Shown: positions 1 through 12,825 of the stretch, piece after piece | Numbering within the stretch: position 1 is the stretch's first letter | How the letters are laid out: the number at the start of each line of letters is the position of its first letter | NCBI RefSeq assembly: GCF_964204645.1 | Contig: NC_134031.1 | Location: forward strand, 15,859,807-15,923,806 | Direction: 5' to 3' | From: Tubulanus polymorphus | Taxonomy: Eukaryota; Animalia; Nemertea | DNA: 64,000 nt | The notes under the pieces: generated by a model | Seen by the model: only the letters and a program-made list of their open reading frames with translations | Database searches by the model: none | What the model was told of the DNA's origin: nothing | Made by a program: the position numbers and the translations under genes

Positions 1-11
1 CAGGGCCCAGT

Positions 12-148
12 GGCCGGCTGCATAGTCATGGCTTAGACTTAAGACCACTCTAAGACCAACGTAGTTCTATAGCTAATCTAACAACCTCGGAAGACCAGTC
101 TTATTTAAGACTACTTTTGAACTTAAGCCATGACTATGCAACTGGCCC
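12..148. mobile_element. MITE with GGCC(A/G)GTT-type termini (PIF/Harbinger-like)
   Basis: Inverted termini GGCCGGCTGCATAGTCATGGCTTA/TAAGCCATGACTATGCAACTGGCC. Related elements near 1067-1180, 2071-2188, 6110-6172, 12437-12544 and 47941-48052. Confidence 0.7.
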
Positions 149-726
149 CAGGGGATTTATTTTTCCATGAAGAGAAAATCAGGCAATTCTGATTTTCTTC
201 CTGAAAATCATGTTATTTCTAATTTCATTGCCTCATCACCTTGCTGGTGATCAGTAGTTGCACAAGAAGCCTCTTGAGATGAAATGGGGGGGGGGGGGCA
301 CTGAGGATATCTTATAATTTAATCTGGGAATTGTTGGCCAAGAGAAAGTCAAGGGATTCCCTGATGGTTTAAGTGCTTCAGTGTAGCTGGGGTATGAAGA
401 ACCCGGATTTGGGGAATGTGTTTCTGAGTCAGCTGAAACTGTTTGTAAACACTACATGTATCCTGTTATTTGACCGTATAAATAACGGATATTGTCGTAA
501 TGGAATTTGAATGGTTAACAACTGTGATGCAACCGGACCAAGAATTCTCTGTCGAATTCGAAAAAGCAAGAATTACTGGGTGAAAGAGGGTTAACCTACT
601 AATAACTTAAGTTGGTGTAAGATCAGATCTTAAAGAAGTGAATTTAAAGAAAAACAATTTAAGCTTTATTTGAATTAAGGATGAACTATTGCGACATGTA
701 TATCGAGATTCGTTTCTAATTTACAG

Positions 727-3700
727 ACTCCTACGTCCACCTCGAACGTGTTGACCAAAATCAAACATCATTTGAGTTTGAGCAAACACAGTTCTAGCGA
801 TGAGGAAACGAGTGACGACGATAATAAGGATCAACTTTATATGCCAGTGTTTGTTAATAACGATAAACATCCACCGCCAGCTCTACCTCCGATGCCTGAT
901 GGTCTTACTGCTGATCAGGTATGACAATTCTCTCCATATTTTTCAATCTTTATGGCCACATATTTGATTCGGTTAACTTCTATGCTCTCTAATTAATCAC
1001 AGATTTCATTCCTGCCTCGGCCGGGTGAAATTTTCTTGGCGTGATGATGGTTTATTTATGTTAACCAGGGCCCGGTTTTAGAGACTGGTATGAACTTTAA
1101 CCCAGGGGTTGACTCAATTGAAAATGAATTGAGTTAACCTCCCGGGTTAAAGGTAATACCAGTCTATAAAACCTGCCTCTGGGAATTAACCCTTTCAGTA
1201 TGTCTACATCTCAGGGCTGTGTATAAATTGGTGTTGGACTTTGCTAGTACACCGCATTGCGGTGTATTGACATTGTTAGTAGTTTTTATCTCCACTAAAA
1301 GATGGCAGCATCCGTCAAACATAGTGAAATATTAGTAACTAATGATACACCGCACCCCGGTGTAGACACACTGAATTGTTATGCCTGTTATTTCACTGGG
1401 GTGGAATCTTTAGAAATTTTCAAACAATCTCCAGCATTTTCAAGTATTAATTAGTCGGCACTGAAAGAGTTTTAACTGAATTCAGTGTTAATTGAGTGAA
1501 CGTGCTGAACTGTATATACAGTATCTAATATTTGTTATCTTCAGATGAAGCGACGATACATCGTGAATTCAATCGTTGAAAGCGAAAATTCATATATGGA
1601 AACTTTACACAGACTCGTGCAGGTCTCGTCGTCTTACTTGATTTTTTGGAAATCAATTTCGTTCACTGATTAATTTTAACGAACGTTCTCATCTTTTATC
1701 ATCATCAGGACTATGAGCGCCCTCTATTGGAGAGTAACCCGCCGATTCTGCGTAGATCGAAGGTTAAAGTGATATTTCATAAACTCAGAGATATCTTGCA
1801 TTGTCACTCGATGTTTCAAATCGCTTTATCCGAGGTCGTCGCTCACTGGGACACCGAGCAGAAGATCGGCGATTGTTTCACGGCGTCGGTAAGTTTTATA
1901 GGAGCAGTGTGGGTGAGTGGTTAGAGCTTTCAACTCTGGTTTAGGGTTAGCCGGGTTGTGGGTTCAAACTCTATTACACTCGGGCAAGACGCCTATTCAC
2001 ATTGCCTACTGAGGAGCAAATAGATACCTACGTAGACTTATAGATAACTCCTGAGTGCTTAGTAACAGCTCTGGACCCAGTTCCACAGTTCTGAGTTAAG
2101 ATTCAACTCAAGAGTTAACTTATTGAAAATGAACTGATTTCAACTTACAGAGTCAACTTAAACTCACAACTGTGGAACTGGGTCCTGGTGTTACATCTCC
2201 CCAGGCAGGGACAGATGACTGATTCGGTCTATGAAATAGATGGGCTATGAAACGAATGATACCATTAAGAAAAAACAAAGAATGAGTCCATTTGAACTGT
2301 ATTGAATAGGATTCTATATAGATGTCAGTTATCATCATAAACTGTTATTTACTGTGAAATCCAGTTCGTTATGAAATTTTCAACAAATTTTCAGTTTTCG
2401 AAGTCGATGGTTTTCGACATTTACAGCGATTTCGTGAATAATTTTTCGCAAGCGATGGAAACGGCGAAGTCGTGCTGCAGCAAACAAGGAACCAGGTTCG
2501 CCGAATTTATGAATGTAAGTGACTCGATCTAAATAAGAACTATGCTAATATGCATTGTTAGGGTGAAGTTACAGTAGCCCAGACTTACACGGGTTGAAAG
2601 CTATTTGCAAGTTTGTTTCACGAGAAATGAATAGTCAAAGTTATGTTAATGTTTCACTTTTCAAGGATTATTAATTATTGGGGTTCTTCTGTATCTTTTC
2701 AGCAATGTCAAGCCAAAAGTCCGGACAAGTTATCGCTATTTGGTCTGATGGTGAAACCAGTGCAAAGATTTCCGCAATTTATCCTGATATTGCAGGTAAG
2801 CAATTTCAATAGGCTAATGGACGCATCCATCAGGGAGGGGGGTCGGGTCGAGCGTTCTTACAGTTCAGGGAAATCAGATAATTCTCGTCCTTTTCTTGAA
2901 AATCAAGGAAAATTCAGGATTTGAAGCTTAAGAAATTAATTTTTTGTGCCGTATCTTGTTCGTGTTAGTGATGAGTGATACAAGAGGAACCTATTTAGAA
3001 GAAACAGTCTTGCCTTGTAATCTAATCTGGGAATTTTTGGTCGAGGGTCAGGGAAATTTCAGAGAATTTTGGATACCCTAATTTATAAGAACCCAGATTT
3101 TGCGGGTTTGCGGCTACTTTTCCTGTATTCTTTTCGTAGGATTTGCTTAAAAATACCGACAAAGAACACGCCGATCGACTGCCGTTACAACTGGCGTTGA
3201 CCGTACTGGAGAATCTGGCCCATAAACTAAACGATCGTAAACGAGAAAGCGAGCAACGCCACGCGGCGAATAAATTACTCAAACAACTCAACGTGAAGTT
3301 CGTGCAGAAACTGAACAGCCCGAATTTACACGTCATTCGGCAAGACGACGTCGTAGAAACTGTAAGTGGAAGCGCGTTTGAAAAAGAACTGCTTCTCGGC
3401 TTGAAATGATTATAGGTGATTCCTCTAGCAAATGATCACCTGGAATTGTGAAAAGAACTAGTCTCTCAAATTGCCGAAATAAACAGGCTGTAGACTAGCT
3501 TAGAACAGGGTGGCTACTGACCTGGAAAACCTTGGGGAATCAGAAAAATTTAGAAAAATTAGGGAATTTGACAAATTTCGCAAAAAAACCTGGAAAACTT
3601 GGGGAATTTAGATTAGTTATTGACCACGCATTTCTTTATCAATACACAATTCATGAAAAATGATAGAATTAACACTTCTTACCAAGAAATTCAATCAAAT

Positions 3701-6700
3701 CACATGGAAGACTCAGGGTATTTGTTATTTGATGGAAAGTGGCCACCATGTAGAATTTTAACAACAGCAGTTCAGAACGCTAGAATTTGTGCTTTCTGAA
3801 GGTACAGATTCAATTTCATGCTATTGGATAAAAACGAGCTTTAGTGTCAGATTATTTCGTTCAGTTATTGTTCACGGGTCCAAAACAATTCATTCCCACA
3901 CAAACACTACTAGACATTCAATATTACAGGCATTACCTGCTCAAGAATATCCAAAGAAAAGGCGGTCAAGTTTACCTCAAGTCATGAAAAAAGTGGGTAC
4001 ACCATCGTTACTGGCACTTTCTCAAATATCTTCTAACTGGGCTCAAAATTATACTTATAACACTAGTATATTCTAAAAAAAAAAACATTAACTTTTAGTA
4101 GAAACCTTTACTACAAAATGAGCTGATGAATTGACTTCGAAGTGGCATGGCGATACGCATGCTCTCTCTCCCCTCTTTGCCTTCTATCGACATTGGTCAG
4201 CCCTTCATTTTCTGCTAAAGTATTTCTTCAAATGCATCCTGATTCGGCCTGATACCAGCCGTGGACAATCCAGACTCGGTTAAAAGTTATTTTTGAGTAA
4301 TCAATTGACGATGATATATTCTAGGAAATCTATATCTCAAGTATACTTGAAATACTAATCGTAGTGAGTACATATATGACCATTTCAGAAAAAACGCGCT
4401 TGACAAATTTTAAATTCTGGAAAATGAAGCCTTCACTTGATTATTCCTAGGCAGACGATGTATCATAATACCCTAGCCTGTTTCGGTGGTGGAAAATCGA
4501 TACACTTTATAATCGTTTTAACTTTCAGCATCCTCGTTTTAATAAAAAGCATAACGTTTCTAATGATATGGAATTATTTTCAATGCAGCACTTCTTATAT
4601 CGCGGATGGTAGGTACATTCTGTGTAGAATAATCAAAACCCGATCTATATTTGTGCACCCTATCTGCATGGTGTATGGCTGTCATTGGTGGTATATTTCT
4701 TGTAGTGATATGACATATTTTCTTATTTTCGTGTTCAACAATTTCATGGATAGCTTTTTCTGGTAGAATTTCGTTTTTAATTTTTTCTTTATTTCGATAT
4801 CGGTCAATGTTGACTCAGATTTTTCAGAATATTCATTCTAACAAGGTTCATATTTTTTTAGATTTCGGGTGTTGTTCCGTATTTGTGCTTTTTTGAAAAT
4901 GTTCCATTTTCTCCAAGTAGTGCACTTCATATTTTTAGCTTAATAATCCCTAATATTTTAGATATACAACTTACACAGGGACTGCTTTCACACAAACAGC
5001 CTAACCTTCAAACATTGTATAATTTTGTGTGCTTATTGATGATCAAGGTATCTTTGTGAAGCCAGTCATTGCTCACTCTAAACTAACCCCGCTCATCATC
5101 GCTGCCTTTTGTCTAAAACTATAGTTCGTAAACAATGCCTGGTCTTGGTTTATTCATAATTGAAGTAGAGCAAAAATTTTGTAAAACTAACATAAATGCA
5201 ATTACTACAAAATCCAATGAGAAGCTAACACAACTATCATTCTTATAAAATATTTAATTTTCACTCCGTATTTATCACTATATCCTCTGTGCCTATTTCA
5301 AGACGCATTCATCGGTCCGAATTTCTTGTAGACCATTCCTCGATGTGTTTAACTCATATCAGTTTCGTTTCATTTCTCGTCAGATTTACAACGATCGCAA
5401 CAGTTTAGTTCAGACGAAAGGCAGACGGCTGTTTACGTTGAACAATTCTCTGGTCGTCGTTTGCGTTCACAACAAGTAAGTATCGATTTCACCGTTGAAG
5501 AAGAAACATTGTTTCACAATAGTAAACAGGGTGACCACTTGTGTACCAGGAAATCAGGGAAAAGTCAGGGAATAGTCAAAAAGTAAAATGTAAAAAGCTA
5601 AAAATCAGGAAAAAGTCGTGGAAAATTGTTGAGATTGCTAGATCGCGCGTAAAGTCAAACAGTTTTCGTCTATGTCTTACGTATTTGACTGTGTTTATTG
5701 AATGGATTCTTATAGCAGATCAAGTCAGGGGAAACAACGTGCATGTCAGGGTATATAGTCACAGAAAAGTCAGGGAAATAGAAGTCAAATTGAAGTGGCT
5801 TCCCTGGTAACCCTCGCCTAGCTACTTGGCTTACTGTATTTGATGGCGATTATTGATTTGCAGGGAGGCAGATTACGGCACCGTTGAGAAGTTTCACATG
5901 AAACGTATGATTCCGTTGCGTTTGGTCGAAGTGCGGGACACGGTCATCACTCCCGACACGAAGGTCTCTCTGAGCGGTCAGCCTGGTCGTATCACGATCT
6001 CATCTGCTAGACCAAGTACGTACAAGAGGTCCATTTTGTTGAAATGGTGACATCTGTCACCTAAGTAGTGACTATCAGAATATTGAGATATAAAGGAAAG
6101 TAATTTCAGGCGTTAGTTCTAGTCATGGCTTAGACTAAGGTCCAGTCTATGATCACTTAGTGTGAACCAGCCACGGGATTCCAGATTCTCTCAATTGCTT
6201 ACCACTCCGGACTTACACTCGTTGCACTCAAATCTCCAAACGGAGATTCGAAATTCGATGTTATAAGTTCATTGAAATTTTATGCGAAAATCTATTTATT
6301 AGGGAAAAAAGATGAAAGCGAACTCTATCAGCAATTAGACAATCTGTTACATGATTTTACGGTCATCGGTCAGATCAGCTCGATGGCGACGTCGCTCAAA
6401 TGTCAGTATGAAGTAAGTTCTAAACGACACAACGTTTCTGTGATCATTTTTTACTCGAAAATGATTCGCTCAACTAATTCGTGTTCATTGTATAGAAACT
6501 AAACGACGTCATTCTCGAAGAAATGTCGAAACAAATTCAGATGGAAATACAAAAGTTGGATGAACACTTGCGCACTTATGACAGTTCTGCATTACAGCTT
6601 ATCATTCGGAAGTGAGTAGCAATATTAGCTGTGTTGAAAGTCCAATTTGTTTAAATGTCATATAATAATTTCATGATTATGTTCAGGAAAAATGGTAAAA

Positions 6701-9700
6701 ATGCTAAATTCCTCATGAATATGGACAACGCAGAAGTGAAACAAAGCTGGTTATCGGATCTGAAAACTGCCAAACTAATCGCAGGTACGAAATATATTAT
6801 TCCTGATTCCCTTTGCAATAAAGGAAGCCAGTGCTTATGATAGCTGTCATTTTATTACCTGCAGATGAGAGAAATTGTCCCGGCTGGTTGGAAGCGATCG
6901 AAGCTAACGAACACGAACATTGGGGTCAGCTACCTTTATTCATAAAACCTATGGGTATAGACATTACTCAACAAATGGACAGGGTGAGCGAATTAATTCA
7001 AGTTTCATGTGGTCCTGTAAATCAACCATTGATGAAACACTCAGTTTGTCTTGTGACAATGGTATGAAATCTCACAATGAGAATGAAGAAATAGAGCCTG
7101 AAAAAGTTTCCTTGAGCTAGTAGTTTGTTGAACATTTCCAATATATCCTAAGAATCATCTTTGGCAATTCATCTTCAGTATTACTGAAATGATCAATAAA
7201 GTATAGCTCATGCAAACTTTTTCAGACTCTATCTTTTGTTTCTTATTGTGGGATTTTATATTCTATGTCCTGTGAATTGTTTAATGAACTTCTTTCGTCA
7301 CCTGTCTTCTATATTTTATCAGGTTGTTTGTGGAATACCGTTTACGCTGCCTAGTTACCACCCGAACGGTCACCCGCTGCAGCACATCTGGCTGTGCGGT
7401 GGTGAACGTAATCGTAGCTCGGTCAGTATTGTCATGCTAGATCAGGAACGGTTCCACGTGACCGAATCGTTCAACGTCTGCAAAGCGGCCGTCTCGTGCG
7501 TGGAACTCGTTCCCGGCTGCGGTGACGAGTTCGATACGCTGAAATTCCGACGTGAAACTATCTGGATGGGTACGAGTTCGGGAAGGTGAGCGTTCAACGG
7601 GCTGAGTGACTGTGATATCTTGTTGTTTCTCAATAAGATCGAAACCTGCTGTATACAAACAAGAAACGAAATCTATTTATCAAGAATTAAAAAGACCTAA
7701 CATTTCGGACTCTCCACCTGGTGACGGTCTCCAGAGAGTCAAAAACGTGGTGTCAGTTTATTAAAGTTTTCAATCTTCTCCATTTGCCGGTAGTGGATTA
7801 AAATCTTACTTAATTACCTATAATTCTCCGCGTCTAAATTCTTTTCTTCTGATGTTTCTTTTTTTAGAATCCAAGTGCACGATTTACACGGATTTACACG
7901 CGGCGAAGTATTACTATCCCTGTCTCTAAAAAGTGGAGTCGTCAGTTTACGTTATCTCAACGATTCTGTATTCGCCGGTCTAGACTGCGGCGACGTCTCG
8001 GTAATCGGCAGAAACGAAGGTTTGTCATGAAAAATTTATATAAATTCCAACATTTTTTTGGTCGTAGTCGAGTCGTGAAGTACGAATAATGTGTGAGGTT
8101 TGTTTATTTTCAGACGGCGGATGGAGTGGAACCGAAATTGTCTCTTTCCACCTGAGTTCCGCTCCGGTGAGCAGTCTGCTGCCGATTGATTGGACGATTT
8201 GGTGCGCGTGTAGGAACAAGATATTCGTATATGATACAGACACCCTCGAAGAAGAGGTAAAACTTTCTTAAACGAGAATCGAAATTAGAAAATTCATTTT
8301 CTTGACCGCCAAAAATGCAACGTTCCGTAATACGTTCTCATGTTCTGTAATGTGATTGAATAATTTGGGGCTTTCAGAAAAAATTAGTTCGTTTAAAGGT
8401 AAATATAGTGATGAATTAAAAAGGTAGATATGGAGATAAATATAACAGACAAATTCATGGTTTCATTTTCAATGATATAGATTCATGCGTCTTAGCAGTT
8501 CCTTAACTTTCTGGTCTATTGCATATTTAACGCGTTCAATTATATCTAGTTGATAAACAATTTTGGGTTTGTTTAAACGTGGAAAACACGTTCATGTCAT
8601 TCATGAATAACCATCTTAGATAGCTCCTGACATATTTGCTAACTTGCTTGCTTAGTTTTCTTCATTATTTGAGCTAACTACTTGAGTCTGCTTCGGTATA
8701 TAGAGAATCCCTCACTAAAAAAACGATAGTGATGAAGTCCTAAAAGTTTTCTTCAAGTTAGTAATTTATTGATTCAATTTATTGTTTCGACTGGAACCTG
8801 ATAGTCATCTTCAGGAATGAAGATGATACCTTGCAGAAGATGACTATTAGGTTATAGTCAAAATGTTGAACCAATGAATTTTTAGCTGGAAGGAAACTTT
8901 TCAAACTTCATTTTTCTGGTTTTATTGGTGTTGGATTCTCTATATATTGTTACAACGCGGAAGAGTTTTTCACCAATGGTTATCTGCTTCAGTTATAACT
9001 CGGGCTATGTTAAAGACAATGTAATGAATAGTTGTATAAAGATGTATGAAATTTGTATTTGGAAAAAGTGCTTCTGCAAATTCATTGGCTTCTATGTGAA
9101 GTTCTGTACTGATGCTCTTAACTTAACAACTCTGGAAAATTTTCTCAGTATATTAACACTCTTAAAGGTAAATATAGTGAAGAAACGTTTTCTACTCTCA
9201 TTTTTCAGTTGATTTATGAAATAGCGCCGTTGGAAGGGCGGAAACCGGTGATTACGCACACCGTACGCGCCGGTGTTGGATTGTGGGTCGCTTTCAAAAA
9301 TAAAGCAGTCCTTCATTTGTATCACATAGAAACGTTCAGACTACTGAAAGACATCAACATCGCTTCAGCAGTTCCACAGAATCAACTCAGTAAGTTGTAT
9401 TCAGATTTGATTGTAATGGATGAAAATGTTCCCTAATAGCATGGTTCCCGCAGTATGGGGAAATCAGGAAAAACCTAAGAAATGATACTTTCCATTTTAG
9501 AAATATTTGGGAAATTTTTACATTTTCTTCTGATCCAGGAAATATTTGGGCAATTAATTTTACACACTTCACCTAAAATTAACCAAGGGTAACTTTCTTC
9601 AGTAACTTTTCTTGATAATCACCTTTATCAACCAGTCACGATTAAAATGTTGAAATCCATGTAATAGGATCGGGGATGGGATCTGTTCATTTTTACAAAG

Positions 9701-11163
9701 GCCCAATCGAAAGCTCCTAGGAATTACTTTGGAAAAACTTAATGAATTCATGTAGCTGTGTGAACCGTATTTTAGGAAGAGGCGAGTCAGGAAAATATGT
9801 CTCAATATTTGTTTATTTCATCATTTTAGAATCGTCGGTCAGCGATGTGATGATAACGGCTCTCGTGGCGAGTCGGGGTTGGTTGTGGATCGGAACGAAT
9901 TCCGGACACATTCTTACGCTACCGTTGCCGCGTCTGGAAGGGGTGCCGCTCGTTAACGGACGTCCGAAACTGTCTCGACACAAACACGACGGACCGGTTA
10001 CGTTCATAATACCGACGCTTAAACAGCAAACGACGATGAAACCGCTGATGGTGAAAGAACTTCTCGAGAAAGTCGACAAGTCTCCCTCGTCCGACGAGAA
10101 ATCAACGTCGGTCGATGAAGTCGACGCTCCCACTTTGAAACGCGGTATTTTCCAAGCGTCGTTCAAGGGTAAATTTCGATTGTCGGCCGCGTGGAAAAAC
10201 CGATCGAAAACGATGCGCCGCGCATCCGAAGGCCCGACGACGACGACGACGACGAATAACCTGAGTCGCGTTAACTCTTGCGTCGCGGATGCGTCGCCGC
10301 CGACTTCGCTTCTGAAGTACAGCCAGAAATCGAAGTCGATGGGAAATCTGTTGGATTTAGATAAACACGAAAACGAATACAGCGAAGAAGACATTCAGAA
10401 ACTCTACGCGAACCTCATGTCGGAAAAATGCGTTAAGGAATTCGAGGACGTTTTGAAACGGACTCCGATCGCTGGAGCAGCGGCGGGAAAACGAGAGTTT
10501 ATTACGAAATCGGACAGTCACGATAAGGAAGAAAATACCTACGTTTCATTAGTCGCCGATTCGTCGGACATGATCGAATACGGTAAAGATCGATTACAAA
10601 AACATAAGAAGTTGACATTGACGAAACAACGTAACGACTCCGAAACGACAGACGAAGTCGATCTCTGTGCGGGAGTGTACGGTGATTATAATTTCGACGA
10701 CGCGAGGGGCGGACGATTGTCCGATTTCGACATCACGACTAGCAGCGACGAAGGCGACGAGAAGGATGATGAGGAACCGATTTACGACGATTTCGAGATT
10801 AATAAACCGAACAAACGAATGAGCGCGCCGGCGAATTTGATCGATGCGTCTGCCGAACCGAGTGAACCACGGCAGATGACGTTAGAACGGCCGTTTTCGT
10901 TTCCGGCGATGCCTAGTAGCTCAGACGTAGTTGCCGCCGCTGAAGAAGATGTACGCGATAAGAAAAAACCGACAACTCCGCAGCAAGAGAAATTCAAAGC
11001 CCCGAACAGTAGTAAAAAATCGCCAGTTTTGAAATCGTTCATCGTTATCAGCGGCGGTTTAGGTTACGTCGACGAACAACAAAAACAGCATGACAAATCA
11101 AATTCATCGTATAAACAAGATGATCCTCTTATATTACTGTGGCAGTGTTCGATGCACGCGTAA
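727..11163 (+). CDS. ARHGEF10: Rho guanine nucleotide exchange factor 10-like (DH domain, PH-like region, C-terminal beta-propeller-like region); multi-exon, 5' end not visible
   Basis: GT-AG exons (approximate) 727-918, 1545-1622, 1709-1888, 2395-2514, 2703-2794, 3140-3361, 5384-5475, 5864-6015, 6303-6412, 6496-6610, 6688-6784, 6866-6982, 7323-7585, 7869-8019, 8114-8256, 9209-9389, 9830-11163. The DH translation ([12 protein letters not shown]..., [73 protein letters not shown]) matches ARHGEF10/10L as I recall it. The C-terminus has [21 protein letters not shown] and VISGG.GY. Confidence 0.9.
1187..1476. mobile_element. piggyBac-like non-autonomous element
   Basis: TTAA-CCCTTTCAGT...ACTGAAAGAG-TTTTAA. 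A homologous copy lies at ~53497-53813, with fragments at ~52480-52610, 53825-53915 and 54255-54390. Confidence 0.65.
1902..2060 (+). mobile_element. Degenerate tRNA-derived SINE of a related family
   Basis: GTGGGTGAGTGGTTAGAGC...GGGTTCAAACTC...GGGCAAGAC...CATTGCCT, similar to 59221-59522. Confidence 0.55.
8697..8980. mobile_element. Short Penelope-derived hammerhead palindrome (degenerate, same family as 53030)
   Basis: Arms TATATAGAGAATCC.../...GGATTCTCTATATA; central GTTTCGACT..AGTCATCTTCAG and CAGAAGATGACTAT..ATAGTC. Confidence 0.65.
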
Positions 11164-12825
11164 AACGGATCCGGTCTCTAAAAGTCTCCAAAGGCCCTAA
11201 AAGCAGTGGCAGCAGTGATGAATCGGCAAATTTTTTAAATAAGATTTTTTTCAAATTTGATCGTAATTCTAATTGATTAACTTATGCATTTATTTTCGGA
11301 ATTCTGCAGCCCGTTTTAGGCCCCACAACGATTATCGAAAATTGACAATGTGTATTTTATGTAAGTACTAGTTTTTGCACGGTAGAATAGGTGCTACTAT
11401 ATATTACACATAGGTGTTTCATGTATTAATGTGATTGCTGGACTATGATCGAAATTCTGTCCATTCATCAGTAAATGGTGCTCGATTTGAAGAAATTAAC
11501 TGCTTCTTTCCGATTAAAAAAGAAGATTTTCATTTCATGCGATTGAATAGTTTAAACGTAAGTGATATTGTGATCCGGCTACTGCTTGTATTCAGCTAAA
11601 CGCTGTATGATCCTCGCTTTCCGATGCATAATATCTGCAAATATTTTATGTGATAATTCATTCACTCCATTCCGATACTGGTGGTACTGTGTTATTGATT
11701 ATTGACAAAGTTTGAAAATTTTAATTTAGAATATATTACAAATTGAAATTTTATTCGATGCCAAAACTTAGTTGCTATGGCTGATCTCTAAGGTTACCGC
11801 AGGTCATATTGGACTCTTATTTTTCTTTTTGGAAGTACGGTAAATCGCGCCATATCTCGGACAAACTGGGATTGGCAAAATCGGTTCGAGTAAAGATAGG
11901 AAAATACATTAGGATGTCAGAAAAATGATTTCATTTTTGTCCGAGTTTGTCAAAAGTCCGACCATGTCCGAATAAGCTGAGGTTTATTGTAATTATGTGC
12001 TGCAAAGGCTAGATTTGAAGCGATGCTCCTTAGTTGTTAGTTATTTGAATCGGCTTAATCAAATCTTAGTCGCAACCTGCTTAACCGAGTCCAGTGTCCG
12101 ATCTTTTGAAATTATTGCCACTGCACAAAAAAAGTTATATGTCTATTTATTTATAGAGTTTATATACAAACATTATATTGAAATATGTAATTTATATAAT
12201 TTAAACATTATACAAGTCTTTGTAATTTGAATATATTTGAATATAATTTAAGATGTAGAATGAATATCATAATCTACGTGATTCAATGAATGTGTTGTCT
12301 TCGATATTTCTCTAGCGATTTGAACTGTTTCAGTGGATTTTTAGGCGCAGCGTCGCCCAACCCTCGCTATCTTGTTACAGGAAAGTTGTTATGAACTGAC
12401 GGAATAATCTATCGACTTCTGGACATCCGAACCCAGTGGCCAGTTGCGCAGTTATGTTTTAAGACCATCTTGGGTCTACAACCAATCTTACAATTTGAGA
12501 CCAATACACTCGACGACTGAAGTGACGACTGTGCAACCGGGCCTCATGGTTACTGTGAAGAACGTTCGCAAAAGTTACGGAAACGACAACAAGACAAAGT
12601 GGTATCGAAATCAAATATATTTTGAGAAACAATAATTAAGTAGTCACCAGAGAAGTCGATACATAAGAGTGAAATTGTGTATTTTTGAAGAGCTTCGAAA
12701 AATTGAGAATGTAACATTTTTAGACTGACGTCACATACATCGTTCACATGCATACTGGCCGTCAGCCGACTCAGCCGCTTGCGCTTTACAGCCAAAATTA
12801 CGCGCTGTGACGTCACTAAAGCTGT

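Noticed and set aside
7700-7760. Possible hammerhead remnant (CTGGTGA...GAGAGTCAAAAACG)
   Set aside because: Both core boxes are mutated and the flanking symmetry is too weak to call.
9813-11042. Antisense ORFs over the last ARHGEF10 exon (and similar ones over ECH1 and the zinc-finger exon)
   Set aside because: Shadows of real coding sequence on the opposite strand.
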